From the human T2T-CHM13v2.0 reference genome, Homo sapiens: a DNA stretch of 64,000 nucleotides. Position numbers and translations under genes: made by a program. The stretch lies in NCBI RefSeq assembly GCF_009914755.1, contig NC_060938.1. One strand, written 5' to 3'. Below are positions 12,801 to 23,749 of the stretch, piece after piece. The notes under the pieces are model-generated. The model did no database searches. It was given only the letters and a program-made list of their open reading frames with translations, and was not told the DNA's origin. Positions within the stretch are counted from its first letter, which is position 1. Every line of letters begins with the position of its first letter.

Positions 12801-14003
12801 AACTTCTATAAAAATAATATCCATAGAATTTATAATCAGAAGTTGGCTAAATCTAAATCCATGACTATGTTAAGATGTTTCTCTCATGTACCATTTGCTG
12901 GTGATGCAAAAGTATAAGAAGAAAAACATCTAGTTTATCCTGAGGAAATAGGTCTGGGCATTAAGATGACTGATACAGCAGAAGACACGAGAGTTACCCA
13001 AAGCAAAGGGGATATAATGTAGGGATGAGCAAGTAGAGGGAGGCACTTCTGGCAAAGGGAAAAAGCATCCTGGAACAAGTTACATTGCTTAAAAGCTTAA
13101 GAAATGCGGATCTGAAAGAACTCTTACATGTCCAGAGTCTTCAAAGGGATGGAAAAAGTAATTTAAGATGAGGCTAGTGAGTTGGACAGAGTGTAGAGCT
13201 GGTGGTGACTTCAAAGTGGACAGTCACAGATTTTTGCCTTTTATTTTAGCAGAATTAGAACACCATCATTGGGTTTTAATGCACCCAGTTGGGAGAGTTT
13301 GTATAAATGTTTCAAATAAACTATTTCATTTTATGGCATGGCTCCCCTTCTCCTGCCTTCATTTAAATATTCCAATGCTTTTTCTTCACCCCACATTAGA
13401 ATGATCTACAATATAGTTCATGGATCATGAAAATTTTAGAATTTCACCCCATTATGCATCTGCAATAATGTAAACACAGGAAGTTATTGTAACATTTCAG
13501 CCAATGGAATACCATGCTTAAATGCCCATATTTCTGAGTATTGAGTAAGCAGTTTAGATAATGAAACTTTGTTAGTTGTTCACATCATCTTAATCAATAA
13601 AAGTTAGATGGACTCAATATTTCTTCTTGTCCTTTTGCCCAGCCCTAATGCAAACAGAGATGAAAAAGAAAAATCACTGTGATTAAAAACAAATCTTATA
13701 CAAATGAACTTTAAAATTAATGTGCCCCTCATGATAGTCAAGGTCCGGATTTTATTCTCAATTAAGTGCAATCTAAAAATGAATTAAAAATGACAGTTGT
13801 AAATGAATGGAAAAGAAATCATATATAACAGTGATTTGGTTTTAAAGACTCGATGATGTTAGCTCTTTTAAAAAGTCTGAAAGTAAGAATGAATTGACCT
13901 ATAAAACTTCCAGCGTCAGTTTTTCCCAGAGACAGATAAGGCCCTACTAATTCATACTTATTTGAATGGGACTGATCTAAGTTTGATTAAGGATCTTTTT
14001 TAG

Positions 14004-14105
14004 GGGGAGGGATAAGGGGCTAAAGGATGGTATGTACATTATTTTATATATGCTCTGGGGAGGATAAGAGGCTGAAGGATATATACTTTATTTTACATAT
14101 GCTCT
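14004..14105. repeat. Tandem duplication of a ~50 bp unit (2 copies)
   Basis: ggggagg(g)ataag(g/a)ggct(a/g)aaggat...attttat/ttttacatatgctct occurs at 14004-14056 and 14057-14105. Confidence 0.88.
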
Positions 14106-16299
14106 ATCAGTGATGAAAAAGAAATTGAAAGGTAAGTCCCCACAAAATCCTCAAAAAACAGATTTTAGAATAAAAAAATTAAAGTGGCTGAGCTAATTAT
14201 AATCAACTAAATCGTGTACTCTCTCATCACATATTTCAAAATAGATATAGATGAAATCTTTTAAAATTATGATAAGCCCAGAGTCTTTTGCACATTAGCA
14301 TAAATATTTTACTAGAATATGAGTAATGCAGACTAAAGCAGTAGGTCTCAGTTATAAGTTGTTTTTACTGTCAGGATGAACTTTTCTGACACCCCAGTAA
14401 AAAAGTTTTTCTCTAGTCAAAATATGGTCTCATTTTTTTTATCAGAATCATTACATTCTCATGAAAATATTTTAAGTACTATAATCAAATCAAACAAACT
14501 CACCATGTACAGTCTTAGAAATAGACTATCAGATCCTGAAGTCAGAGCTCATGCAACTGAAATAGAAAGTTCTTTCAAATGGTCCTTCACCTATTGATTC
14601 CAATTTACTCCCATTCCTCCTAGGCAAATAATTATTTTTCCTTTTTCATATTCCATTTCTAAAATAAGATCTTGTTACTTACAATATTACATAATTATTA
14701 AAATGTCCTTAAAAGAAAGATTGGGTAGAATGGCTTTGGACCATGACAGTTTTATCATTTACGGTTTGGTTCCGTATGAATTTCAGATTTTATTCATGAT
14801 CTTGTGTTTTAGGAGACATCCTTGTACATTTATATTAACAATCTCAACCCCTTTATTCTTAAAATATTAAGAAGGTTTATTATATTGGAAACCAAAAGTT
14901 CTCCTAAAATTTACATTAAACAGAATTAGGATATAAGTTATCACGGTTATGAATCTCAACGGGTTAAAATAACTCTTAATAAAGCAATGCAATTCCTGAA
15001 TTTCTATGAAGTTTGTTACTTTAGAAAATTCTGTTCCAAAAGAAAAAAGATCCATCATGATGACTTTATTAATGATCTGCAGAAATACACTATTGCATCA
15101 TTAGGAGGTTAAATGACCTATATATGTTCCTCTTCCTTTTTTATGTTTTCCAGAATCTTCCATTAATTAAGTGCTAGTGAAGCTAATAGACTACAATTGG
15201 TTTCCTAAAATCTTTTCATGAAATATTCAGGTATAGTTATATTAAATCTAATCTTAAACTTAATGAAAAATGACACATGTAACCAACCAACCATCTGTAC
15301 CAAGATAGACTATTATCTGTGAATTAAAGTAATACTGGTCAGTTTTCTAGACCATATACAGATGTTATAAAACTAAGAATTTATTGTAATAGTCCATTGA
15401 AATTTGCTGTGTGAATATGTATAATATATTAATAGAAATATTTTTATATTACATATTAATATAATTATATTTATATTATACATTAATATAATGAAATATA
15501 TGTTCATATACATGATATATATAAGGGGAGATTATACAGATAATCTTTCCTTCAAATTTCCCTAACAGAGAAAATATAATCAAACATGGTTGGTGTTGAA
15601 ATCTGGAGAACTAAACAAATTAAAGTTAAAGTAATTTAATGCTGAGGTTAACTGGTGCCTTGAGAGGCTCTATTTTTATCTGGATGACTTAGAAATGAGT
15701 TAATATTTTTCTCCCAGAAATAAACATATAGTAATGGAGGGCAAAGATGAGTGCTGGGACTTTCATTTCTACTGTTCTTCTAGGGACAAAGGATGATTGG
15801 AGAAATCACCTTCATCACATATAAGCAGGATGCATGTATTACCTAGGCATTTCAAATCATAATACTAAAAACTTAGTGATATGAAACAGGATATTTATTA
15901 ATTGTAAGTGAAAATTGAGGCAAATATGGCTTTATTACTTCCTTTGCAATTGAGAGAGATTAAGTCATGTCTCCATGACCAAAGTCACACAATTGTTTAA
16001 AAGCAAATGAAGAATACCAATTTAGATCTAATATGATTATCTTTACAACAAATTCACTCTTGTTTCATACTATTGCACAAATTTACAGAGAGGAAAGAAA
16101 TAATAGTAATAGCGCAATTACCGTATAGTAAGAAAAATATCCCTGCAAGGTTTATCAAGTCCAAAAAAGTTATCATTTTGATATTTCTGCAACATTGTTA
16201 GAATTAAGTAAAAGATGATTCACTTTATGAAATGTCATCTATTTTAGAGTGTGTGAATCTTTGCTATTTGCTTTGGCTGTTGTCTTTTTTTTTTATCAG

Positions 16300-16691
16300 T
16301 GACTTAGTTCATTTGTACTATTATAACAAAATACCTCAGAGCAGAAGATTTATAAAGGACAAAAATTTAATTCTCACAGTTCTGGAGGGTGGGAAGTTCA
16401 AGTTCAAGGCACCAGCAGGTTCGTTGTCTGAGAACAGTTCAGTTACTGCTTCTAAGATGGTGACTTGATGCCGTATTCTCTCGAGATAAAGAATACTGTG
16501 CCCTCACATGACCGAAAATCAAAAGACAAAAGAGACAAACCCCCTCCATCCAGCCATTTTATAAGGGCACTTACTCTCATTCATTACGGAGGAGACATCA
16601 TGGCTTAATCACTTCTTAAATGGCTCCACCTCTTAATACTGTCACATTGACAACACCTAAATTTTAGAGGGGACACATTCAAACCATAGCA
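16300..16691 (-). mobile_element. MST-type MaLR LTR (MSTB/C/D-like)
   Basis: ataacaaaatacc...tctcacagttctggagg...gcttctaagatgg...ggggacacattcaaaccatagca. Confidence 0.85.
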
Positions 16692-18020
16692 TTCTGTACA
16701 TCCTTCCACTTGTTCTAGTAATGGTTCACTGATTTTTCTATAAGAAATCACTTTGCTCCTTTCTTAGTTCATATAGTTTCAGAGTGGAATCTATTAAAGT
16801 GGGATAGTAAAGGTGGTGTCAGAGATAGATACACAAATAAATAAAAAAGAGAGACACCAAAGAGTGAGAAAGAAGGCATGAAAATTAGATCTACCCTGGA
16901 CCATTTGTTGTAGAAACAAATTTTTTTTAGACAAATCAGTCTTTATAAAATTTGTCATTGTGTATAACTTGATACTCTGATCAAGGTCCACAACAATGCC
17001 TCTGGTTCATGAAGATAACTTTGTGTTATGTTCATTATTATCACCTAATGAGACAAAGATATTCATAATCGGGTTATTCATTTATTTTTTTTTCTCTCGG
17101 GAATCTTACTGGGTATATAAGATTTTCATGATCCAAAGGGTAAGCTTCAGATTAAAACAATAAAATTGCTGGTTCAATTGTCTAATTTTTACAAATGGAA
17201 ACGAATTCCCTGAGGAAATCAAAGCATTTCTCCAAATCCCCAAACTAACAGTGGCCGACTTGGACAAGAATCTTTACCTTTTGACCATATAGTACTCCAT
17301 AGTCTAATATGTCCTTCTTTCCCCACTGGTTGAGTGGCCATCATTGATAAAAAAAAAAAAGCATTTACCAGTGTATATTCGACTCAAAACATTCTTACTT
17401 ATAAAGATAAATATTTTTACACATAGGTAGGTTTTTTTTTAATGACACTCAGAGTAACTGAATTATTAATTCCTTGTTATTGAACCACCTTGTAATTCTA
17501 TATTCAACAGAGTAAAATAACTGCTTTAAAATAATAATTTTTATTGTTTGTTTAATTAAGCAGACAGGAAATAATTATTCTTGGTGTCTTTTCAAATTTT
17601 TTTCATTTTTCTAGTGAAATATATGACACAAATTATACAAAAGATCAAAATATTTCAAGAATGTAAGAAATTATTATCATAAAAATTGATGCTTACAAAA
17701 ATTAAACTGATGCATAATCAAACTCTGTTATAAGATCAGAACAATTTTGCTATAAACGTTACTTTGACATATATAAACTCATTTGAATTTGTATTTCCTA
17801 TACTTAGTTTAAAGTAACTCTTTCCAGTTTTATAAAGTCAACATGGAATATAACATCTTCAAACCATTCTTAGTGCGATAATTAACTTAACTGTGAGTTA
17901 ATCAGTGAGAATTTTTTCTATCAGAGCACAAGATATGATGGGACATACCATGCTAAAATGAAAAGTCACCTATAGTATAAGGAGGTGTATAATTTTAATG
18001 AAAAAAGAAAAAAATATGTA

Positions 18021-18343
18021 CAGATACTCCTTGACTTACAATGGGATTATGTCTTGATAAACCCATCATAAGTTGAAAATATTATAAATGGAAAACACAT
18101 TTAGTGTATGTGACCTAACCTACTGAACATCATTGCTTAGCCTATCCTACCTTAAATGTGCTCTCATTTACATTAGCCTACAGTTGGGGAAAATCATCGA
18201 ACCAAGTCCTATTTTGTAATAAGGTGTTTACTATGTTATATAGTTTATTGAAAACCGTATGTCAAAATTTCAATGGTTTTGCACCATTATAAAGTTGAAA
18301 ATTTGTAAGTCAAATCATCCTCATCCTAATCAGGGACAATCTG
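18021..18343 (+). mobile_element. MER47A-like TcMar-Tigger DNA transposon
   Basis: ta|cagatactccttgacttacaatggg...aaacccatcataagttgaaaata...cagggacaatctg, with imperfect terminal inverted repeats. Confidence 0.85.
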
Positions 18344-18346
18344 TGC

Positions 18347-18378
<32 letters not shown>

Positions 18379-18585
18379 GATCTAAGCTGTAAGTGATTTT
18401 ATTGAAAAATGTTTTTTATCTTCTCAGCTGTACTAAGAAAAGATTCTATTATTGCCCACTTCATGAATGAGGAAACTGAAGCACAGCATGTTTGGGTAAA
18501 CTTGGCCAAGGTCACACTACTGAGAGGAAGCGGATGCAAACCAGGCATTCCGGACCCAGACCCTACGCTTTAACCAGCTTGCTCT
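18347..18585 (-). pseudogene. Short retrocopy of a polyadenylated RNA 3' end containing a MIR
   Basis: Poly(T) to 18378; tttatt (AATAAA on the minus strand) at 18398-18403; MIR core at ~18445-18575; candidate TSD aatctgtgcttt / aatctgcatattt. Confidence 0.6.
18445..18578 (-). mobile_element. MIR SINE
   Basis: attattgcccacttcatgaatgaggaaactgaagcacag...aacttggccaaggtcacac...gctttaacca. Confidence 0.88.
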
Positions 18586-18877
18586 AATCTGCATATTTTT
18601 GTATCCCCCTTCTATAAGTTAAATAGTGCTACTAAAAATAAGCTTAATGAATATTAAAATAAAATATACATTTATATATGATATATTTATCTTTATACTA
18701 TTTATATAATATTTTCTAAGCACATTTTATCTATCTACACATTTACATATGTTATAAACAGCATATTTGAATGAATTTGGATATGTGAATAAAAAGAACT
18801 TGAGACTGAGATAAAGTAGTATTTCCTACACTTGTAGAGTCATAACATACACTTATTTTTAATCTTTCTGAATATTT

Positions 18878-18953
18878 CTTTTTTCTTTTTCTTTCTTTTT
18901 TTCCTTTTTTTTTCTTTTTCTTTCTTTTTTTCCTTTTTTTTTTTTTTTCTTTT
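18878..18953. repeat. T-rich (CTTTT)n low-complexity tract
   Basis: Direct reading. Confidence 0.9.
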
Positions 18954-19639
18954 AGTTGAGCTACATCTTTTGACAGAGAAAATTCACTTTGAAAGTAGGT
19001 CAAAAATGCTGGTAAACCTCACTGGATTTCCCTGTGAGGAATTAATGCCATTATGATTTAAAGCTGTATTTAAATTTGCCTTATCATGAGAGAGGAAATC
19101 CACTGGAAATAAATATTAATCAGTCTTTTCAAAACCAAATTTACCAAAACTTGAAAATACAAGAAAATAATAATGAAGATACATTTTCTGGAAATACGTT
19201 GACTAGATACTATTTCACAGGAAAATGAGGACCTTAATTTTTAAAACAGAGAGCCCTGGGGGGATAAAACAAGAAATGTCTCGGTGAGTAAGAAATGTGG
19301 CCACATTTTATTGATTTAATTTTGAACAAACTGTTCATTAGAGTATTAATTCCAAGAAGAAAAGATTCTGCTAGTTAGTGGTGTAGGTAATTAAAACAAA
19401 CAAACAAACAAACAAAAAAAACAGAAAATGGAGTGGACCTATTCAATCATGTCATTTTTTTCCCCCTCACATGACAGTCCAGAGACAAGTGAGCAAAATG
19501 TATTCAATCCACTGATTCAATTATATAAGGACTCCGGTTCCTTCTATGTTGAATTTGTGGCATCCTCTTAAGTGTTGTATTGAACAAGGGATCAACGCCA
19601 CCTCGCCAACAGCGTGTCTGTTTTACAGTTAGAGAAAAG

Positions 19640-19875
19640 GTTGTTTAGGGAGGATAAGAGAGAAGTGGGGAGGAAAAAGAAGACGGAATTACAAAAGGGT
19701 GGAAGGAAACTTTTGGAGACAGCAGTTACGTTCGTTACGTTCGTTGAATGTGGTAATGGTTTCACACGTACGTGAAACCATATGTCAAAATTTACCAAGT
19801 GTACACTTTAAATACGTGCAGTCTATTTTATGTCAATCACACCTCCATAAAACTGTTTTTATTTAAAGTATGAAA
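19640..19875 (+). mobile_element. Old L1ME-type 3' terminus
   Basis: ggaaacttttggag...tgtggtaatggtttcaca...gtcaaaatttacc...gtacactttaaatacgtgcagt...tgtcaatcacacctccataaaactg. Confidence 0.75.
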
Positions 19876-20939
19876 AAACCCACTCACACAAAGAGTTCCT
19901 TCAAGTCACTTGAAATCAAAAAACAATTTCGTTAGAAGGATTTTATGTGGAAGTCACATGTCTTGCTTCTGCTTACCTTTCACTGGTTGAAAGTTACTCC
20001 AATGCTGCCACATGTCGTTTAAATGGAGGCCAAGAACTCTCTTCTCTAAATTAGGTCACTGTGTGTCCAGCTAATCCACGATGATAGGTTGTGGAGAGAT
20101 CACAAGGCTCTGTGGCTCAGGGAAAATGAAGATAATGAATTCCCGGGAGCATTGGCAGTCTCTGCCCTGGCTACTCTGTTTCGCGAGTGTCTCATCACCT
20201 GAACAAGCTCCTGGTCCATTGTGATTGCTAAATGAATATTTTTCCTTCAGGAAAAATAAACCGTAAGGAAGAAAGTACTTTTTTACCCAAAGTGAATTAC
20301 AGTAACTTATTTATACAGAATTTATTATTTCTGACCTTAGTTTTTGCAAAAGGTATACTGCAACTGTAAAAAGCAACTGTCTGGAATGCTCTGGACAATA
20401 TAATCAGATGTTTTAGTACTCTTACAAATAAGCAAGAATATGTTGATTAAATCATAGTTTCTCAGATTTAACCACAAAAATGTAGAAAGTAATTTTTCTC
20501 ACTTCCTGCCCAAAATTTATGCTTGCTTTCAAATCCCTTTTGTGCTATGAATTTTGAATGAGACTTTGGTTTTTTCCTCAGCTAATCTTATATTGTCCAA
20601 TTTTTATTACTAAAATTTTGAAATATACTCATCTGGTACTGATATCTGATACATTGATCAGGGCAATATAAGATCTGGGTAATTTTAAAAAATTTTTTGA
20701 ATTGTTATATAATTTGTTCTCCCACTGCTAATTATCACTTCTCTTTATTTCCTCTATATTTTCTTAACTTAAAAGCTGAAAAATGACCTCAAAAATGTAA
20801 GTGAATGTTCTATTTCACCATTATATTTTCTACACGTAAACTTATGAAGTCATCAAAATTATAATTTTGTATTAAAATAAAAACAATTCTATACCAGTTT
20901 TTATAAAAACGGGGCTTAAGCTTTGGCTTGTATTTTAAT

Positions 20940-21174
20940 TGTATAACTCAGCCTCGATAATCATGTGAGCCAATTATCCTACTAGATACTATATAGATAT
21001 ATAGGGTATATCTATGTATCCTATATATAGATATAGATAGATCTATATCTATATCTATATCCATATCTATACTTGTCTATTAAAAGTAATAGCAAAAACC
21101 GCAGTTACTTTTGTCCAACCTAATATTTATTTATCCTATTAGTTCTGTCTATCTGGAGAATCCTGGCTAATACA
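20940..21174 (+). mobile_element. MLT2 (B/D-like) LTR 3' fragment with an internal (TA/TAGA) microsatellite
   Basis: gcctcgataatcatgtgagccaatt...tatcctattagttctgtctatctggagaatcctggctaataca. Confidence 0.75.
21079..21123. mobile_element. MADE1 (Hsmar1 MITE), right half
   Basis: attaaaagtaatagcaaaaaccgcagttacttttgtccaacctaa matches the MADE1 TIR. Confidence 0.85.
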
Positions 21175-21351
21175 AACATGATTTCCAATTATAGGTCTAG
21201 GGTAAAAGAAAATACTTATTTTCCCTCCCACCCTTTAATAGTACTATGGCATGTTTACAACTCTGTTTGGAATTTAGAAAGCTAGTCACAAAATTCTCTT
21301 GCCTTGTACTGACCCACATCTCTATGGAAGACTACGTAACAGCTTCTCTTT

Positions 21352-21798
21352 ATTATTATTATTATTATTTAAGTCCTAGGGTACATGTGCAGAACGTGCA
21401 GTTTTGTTACATAGGTATACACCTGCCATGGTGGCTTGCTGCACCCATCAACCTGTCACCTACATTAGGTATTTCTCCTAATGTTATCCCTCCCCTAGCC
21501 CCCCACCCCCGACAAGCCCCAGTGCGTGACGTTCCCCTCCCCGTGTCCTTGTGTTCTCATTGTTCAACTCCCACTTGTGAGTGAGAACATGCGGTGTTTG
21601 GTTTTCTGTTCTTGTGATAGTTTGTTGTGGCTATTCCTCAAGGATCTAGAACTAGAAATATCATTTGACTCAGCAATCCCATTGCTGGGTATATACCCAA
21701 AGGATTATAAATCATTCTACTATAAAGACAAACACACATGTATGTTTATTGCAGCACTATCTACAATAGCAAAGACTTGGAATCAACCCAAATGTCCA
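21352..21798 (-). mobile_element. 5'-truncated, 5'-inverted L1PA (PA7/8-like)
   Basis: (TAT)n tail and reverse L1PA 3' UTR to ~21628, then a forward ORF2-end piece to 21798; TSD taacagcttctcttta / taatagcttctcttta. Confidence 0.93.
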
Positions 21799-21989
21799 TA
21801 ATAGCTTCTCTTTACTGCTCTCACTTTTCCTCCTTTGTTTCTGTTCTGGATGATTACGTTTTCTTTCCTGACCATAGAATTGTGAAGAGACTGTGGGTGG
21901 CGCCATCTGTAATGTTAGAAGTCTTGGAGACCCAGTGTAGAACATTCCATCAGGCATTTGAAGAAAACTATATATTGAACACATACTTT

Positions 21990-22285
21990 AGTAGACCTGT
22001 GTATTTCAGGTTCTATTTCCTTGTTGGTATGGCCATATGGCTTACTTTAGGCAACAAATTATAAGGGGGAGTAAAAGGTGTCAGTTTTAAGTAAAAAAAT
22101 ATCAGAAAATCATGATCACCTCTGTGGTCTCGTCACCTGCCATGATGGTTCTGGATGTGTGTTGATGATATTGATGTTCTTCAAGGGCAAAACAGCCTGC
22201 AAAGTTGAAGCATGATATTGGGACTGCTGCTCTGGAGAGTGTCATAAGCCCGTAGGGAAGTTTGTGAGACTGAGAAATAAACCTT
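21990..22285 (+). mobile_element. Old MLT1 (H/J-like) LTR fragment
   Basis: ggtatggccatatggcttac...ctgccatgatgg...gagaaataaacctt. Confidence 0.5.
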
Positions 22286-22520
22286 GATAGAATAGAAATA
22301 TATTTTCCATTGTACAGACTGAAGGATATAAGGCTCAGACATAGTTCCAGGCAATAAGACAGTAGTGAAAAATTAGATGAAGTTCTTGCTATTAGGTGTA
22401 CGTTCTAGAGAAAGAATGGAGATGTAAAAATATAAGCAAATGGATATAGTGTTATAAATTTAGAAAGTCAGGAATGAGGCCTTGTGTTATTAGCAATCTT
22501 TTTATTCTTCACCAGTTGGA

Positions 22521-22728
22521 TCATAAAACGTTTTACATTATTGTTTTATGTTGTAATTATTTGATCACTAATAAAATGAAATGTTTCATATGTTTAGTCA
22601 GATTTTCATTTCTTTTGTAAATCATAATACAAAATGTTTTACATTGTTGTTTTATGTTGTATTTACTTGATCACTAATAAAGTTAAATGTTTCTTATGTT
22701 CAGTCACATTTTTATTTCTTTAGTAAAT
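22521..22728. repeat. Tandem duplication of ~100 bp within a decayed reverse L1M fragment
   Basis: gttttacatt(a/g)ttgttttatgttgta...ttgatcactaataaa...aaatgtttc...gtaaa occurs twice. Confidence 0.9.
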
Positions 22729-23749
22729 AGACTCTGTTTTTATATTTTTTGAGCTTCTTTTTAAAGGTTTTTATATTTTACTCAATATAAACTAATCTAG
22801 ATTAAGGATATTAGGCATCTCTGCTTCATGTGTTGTATTTTATTTAGTAGTCAGTTGCATTTTAATTTACTTCATAATATTCTAATTTATGCAATTTTAC
22901 ATTTAATATAGCCAAATCTATTATTTTTGTTATATTTCCAAAACACTCTTTCCCATAACGTATAAATATTTGCATATATTTTCCTTCTAGTTTCTTCATG
23001 ATGCTTATACTAGAAACAATTCACAAGTCTTTCCCTGTGGCATATGATAAAAAACATTTGAAAAAATGACTTTCCCATCAGCCTAGGTTGCAGTAAGGGA
23101 AGAGGTGGAGCAGAGCCCCGAAATTCACGAGGAACATGTGTGAATGTGAGAAAAAAATGTTTCTTGTTTGACGACTTAGCCTATACTGATTTATGCAATT
23201 ATTTTTACATTAATTCAGCCCTTGAATCTAACTTTAAACAGTCTTGTAGTATAGCATGTGGAAGGGAGTTTCTTTTTTTCCTAGGGCAATAAAAATTTCC
23301 CAGATCTCTTCTGGCAGTGGGGAAATGTTTTAGATATCTTTAGTATAGGTGGGGAAAGAATTACTAAATCTTAAGTTACCTGTTTAATCCTCATAGTTTT
23401 TTAATTTGTTTCTGTATTTTCAAGTAAAATTTCCCCGAAGTGTAACAGTTGTAGTTTAAAATTTTTACACCATGTGATTCACTAGGGTTTTGCTGTTGTC
23501 TTTCTTAATTATAAACTTTCAAAATGACTGCATAACAATGAAAGGTCATAAATATATTAAATAATAAACATTAGTGTAGCCTTTTACAGTGATAAATCAC
23601 GGACTCCACTACAGTGTGTCATTTAAACTGAAAATTAATTAACCTTGCCAAAGAAAATGTAATAATGAAATATGATTTGGTTAAATGTAATAATGATAAA
23701 ATAACTTTTCAAATAATAATAATGATAAAAATGATTTCAAATTTAAAAT

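Noticed and set aside
18752-19003. Lys-rich ORF, or a second retrocopy tail
   Set aside because: Derived from the T-rich tract; no AATAAA or TSD nearby
23653-23742. Three imperfect ~30 bp AT-rich units (aaatgtaataatga...)
   Set aside because: Low complexity and short; ordinary slippage
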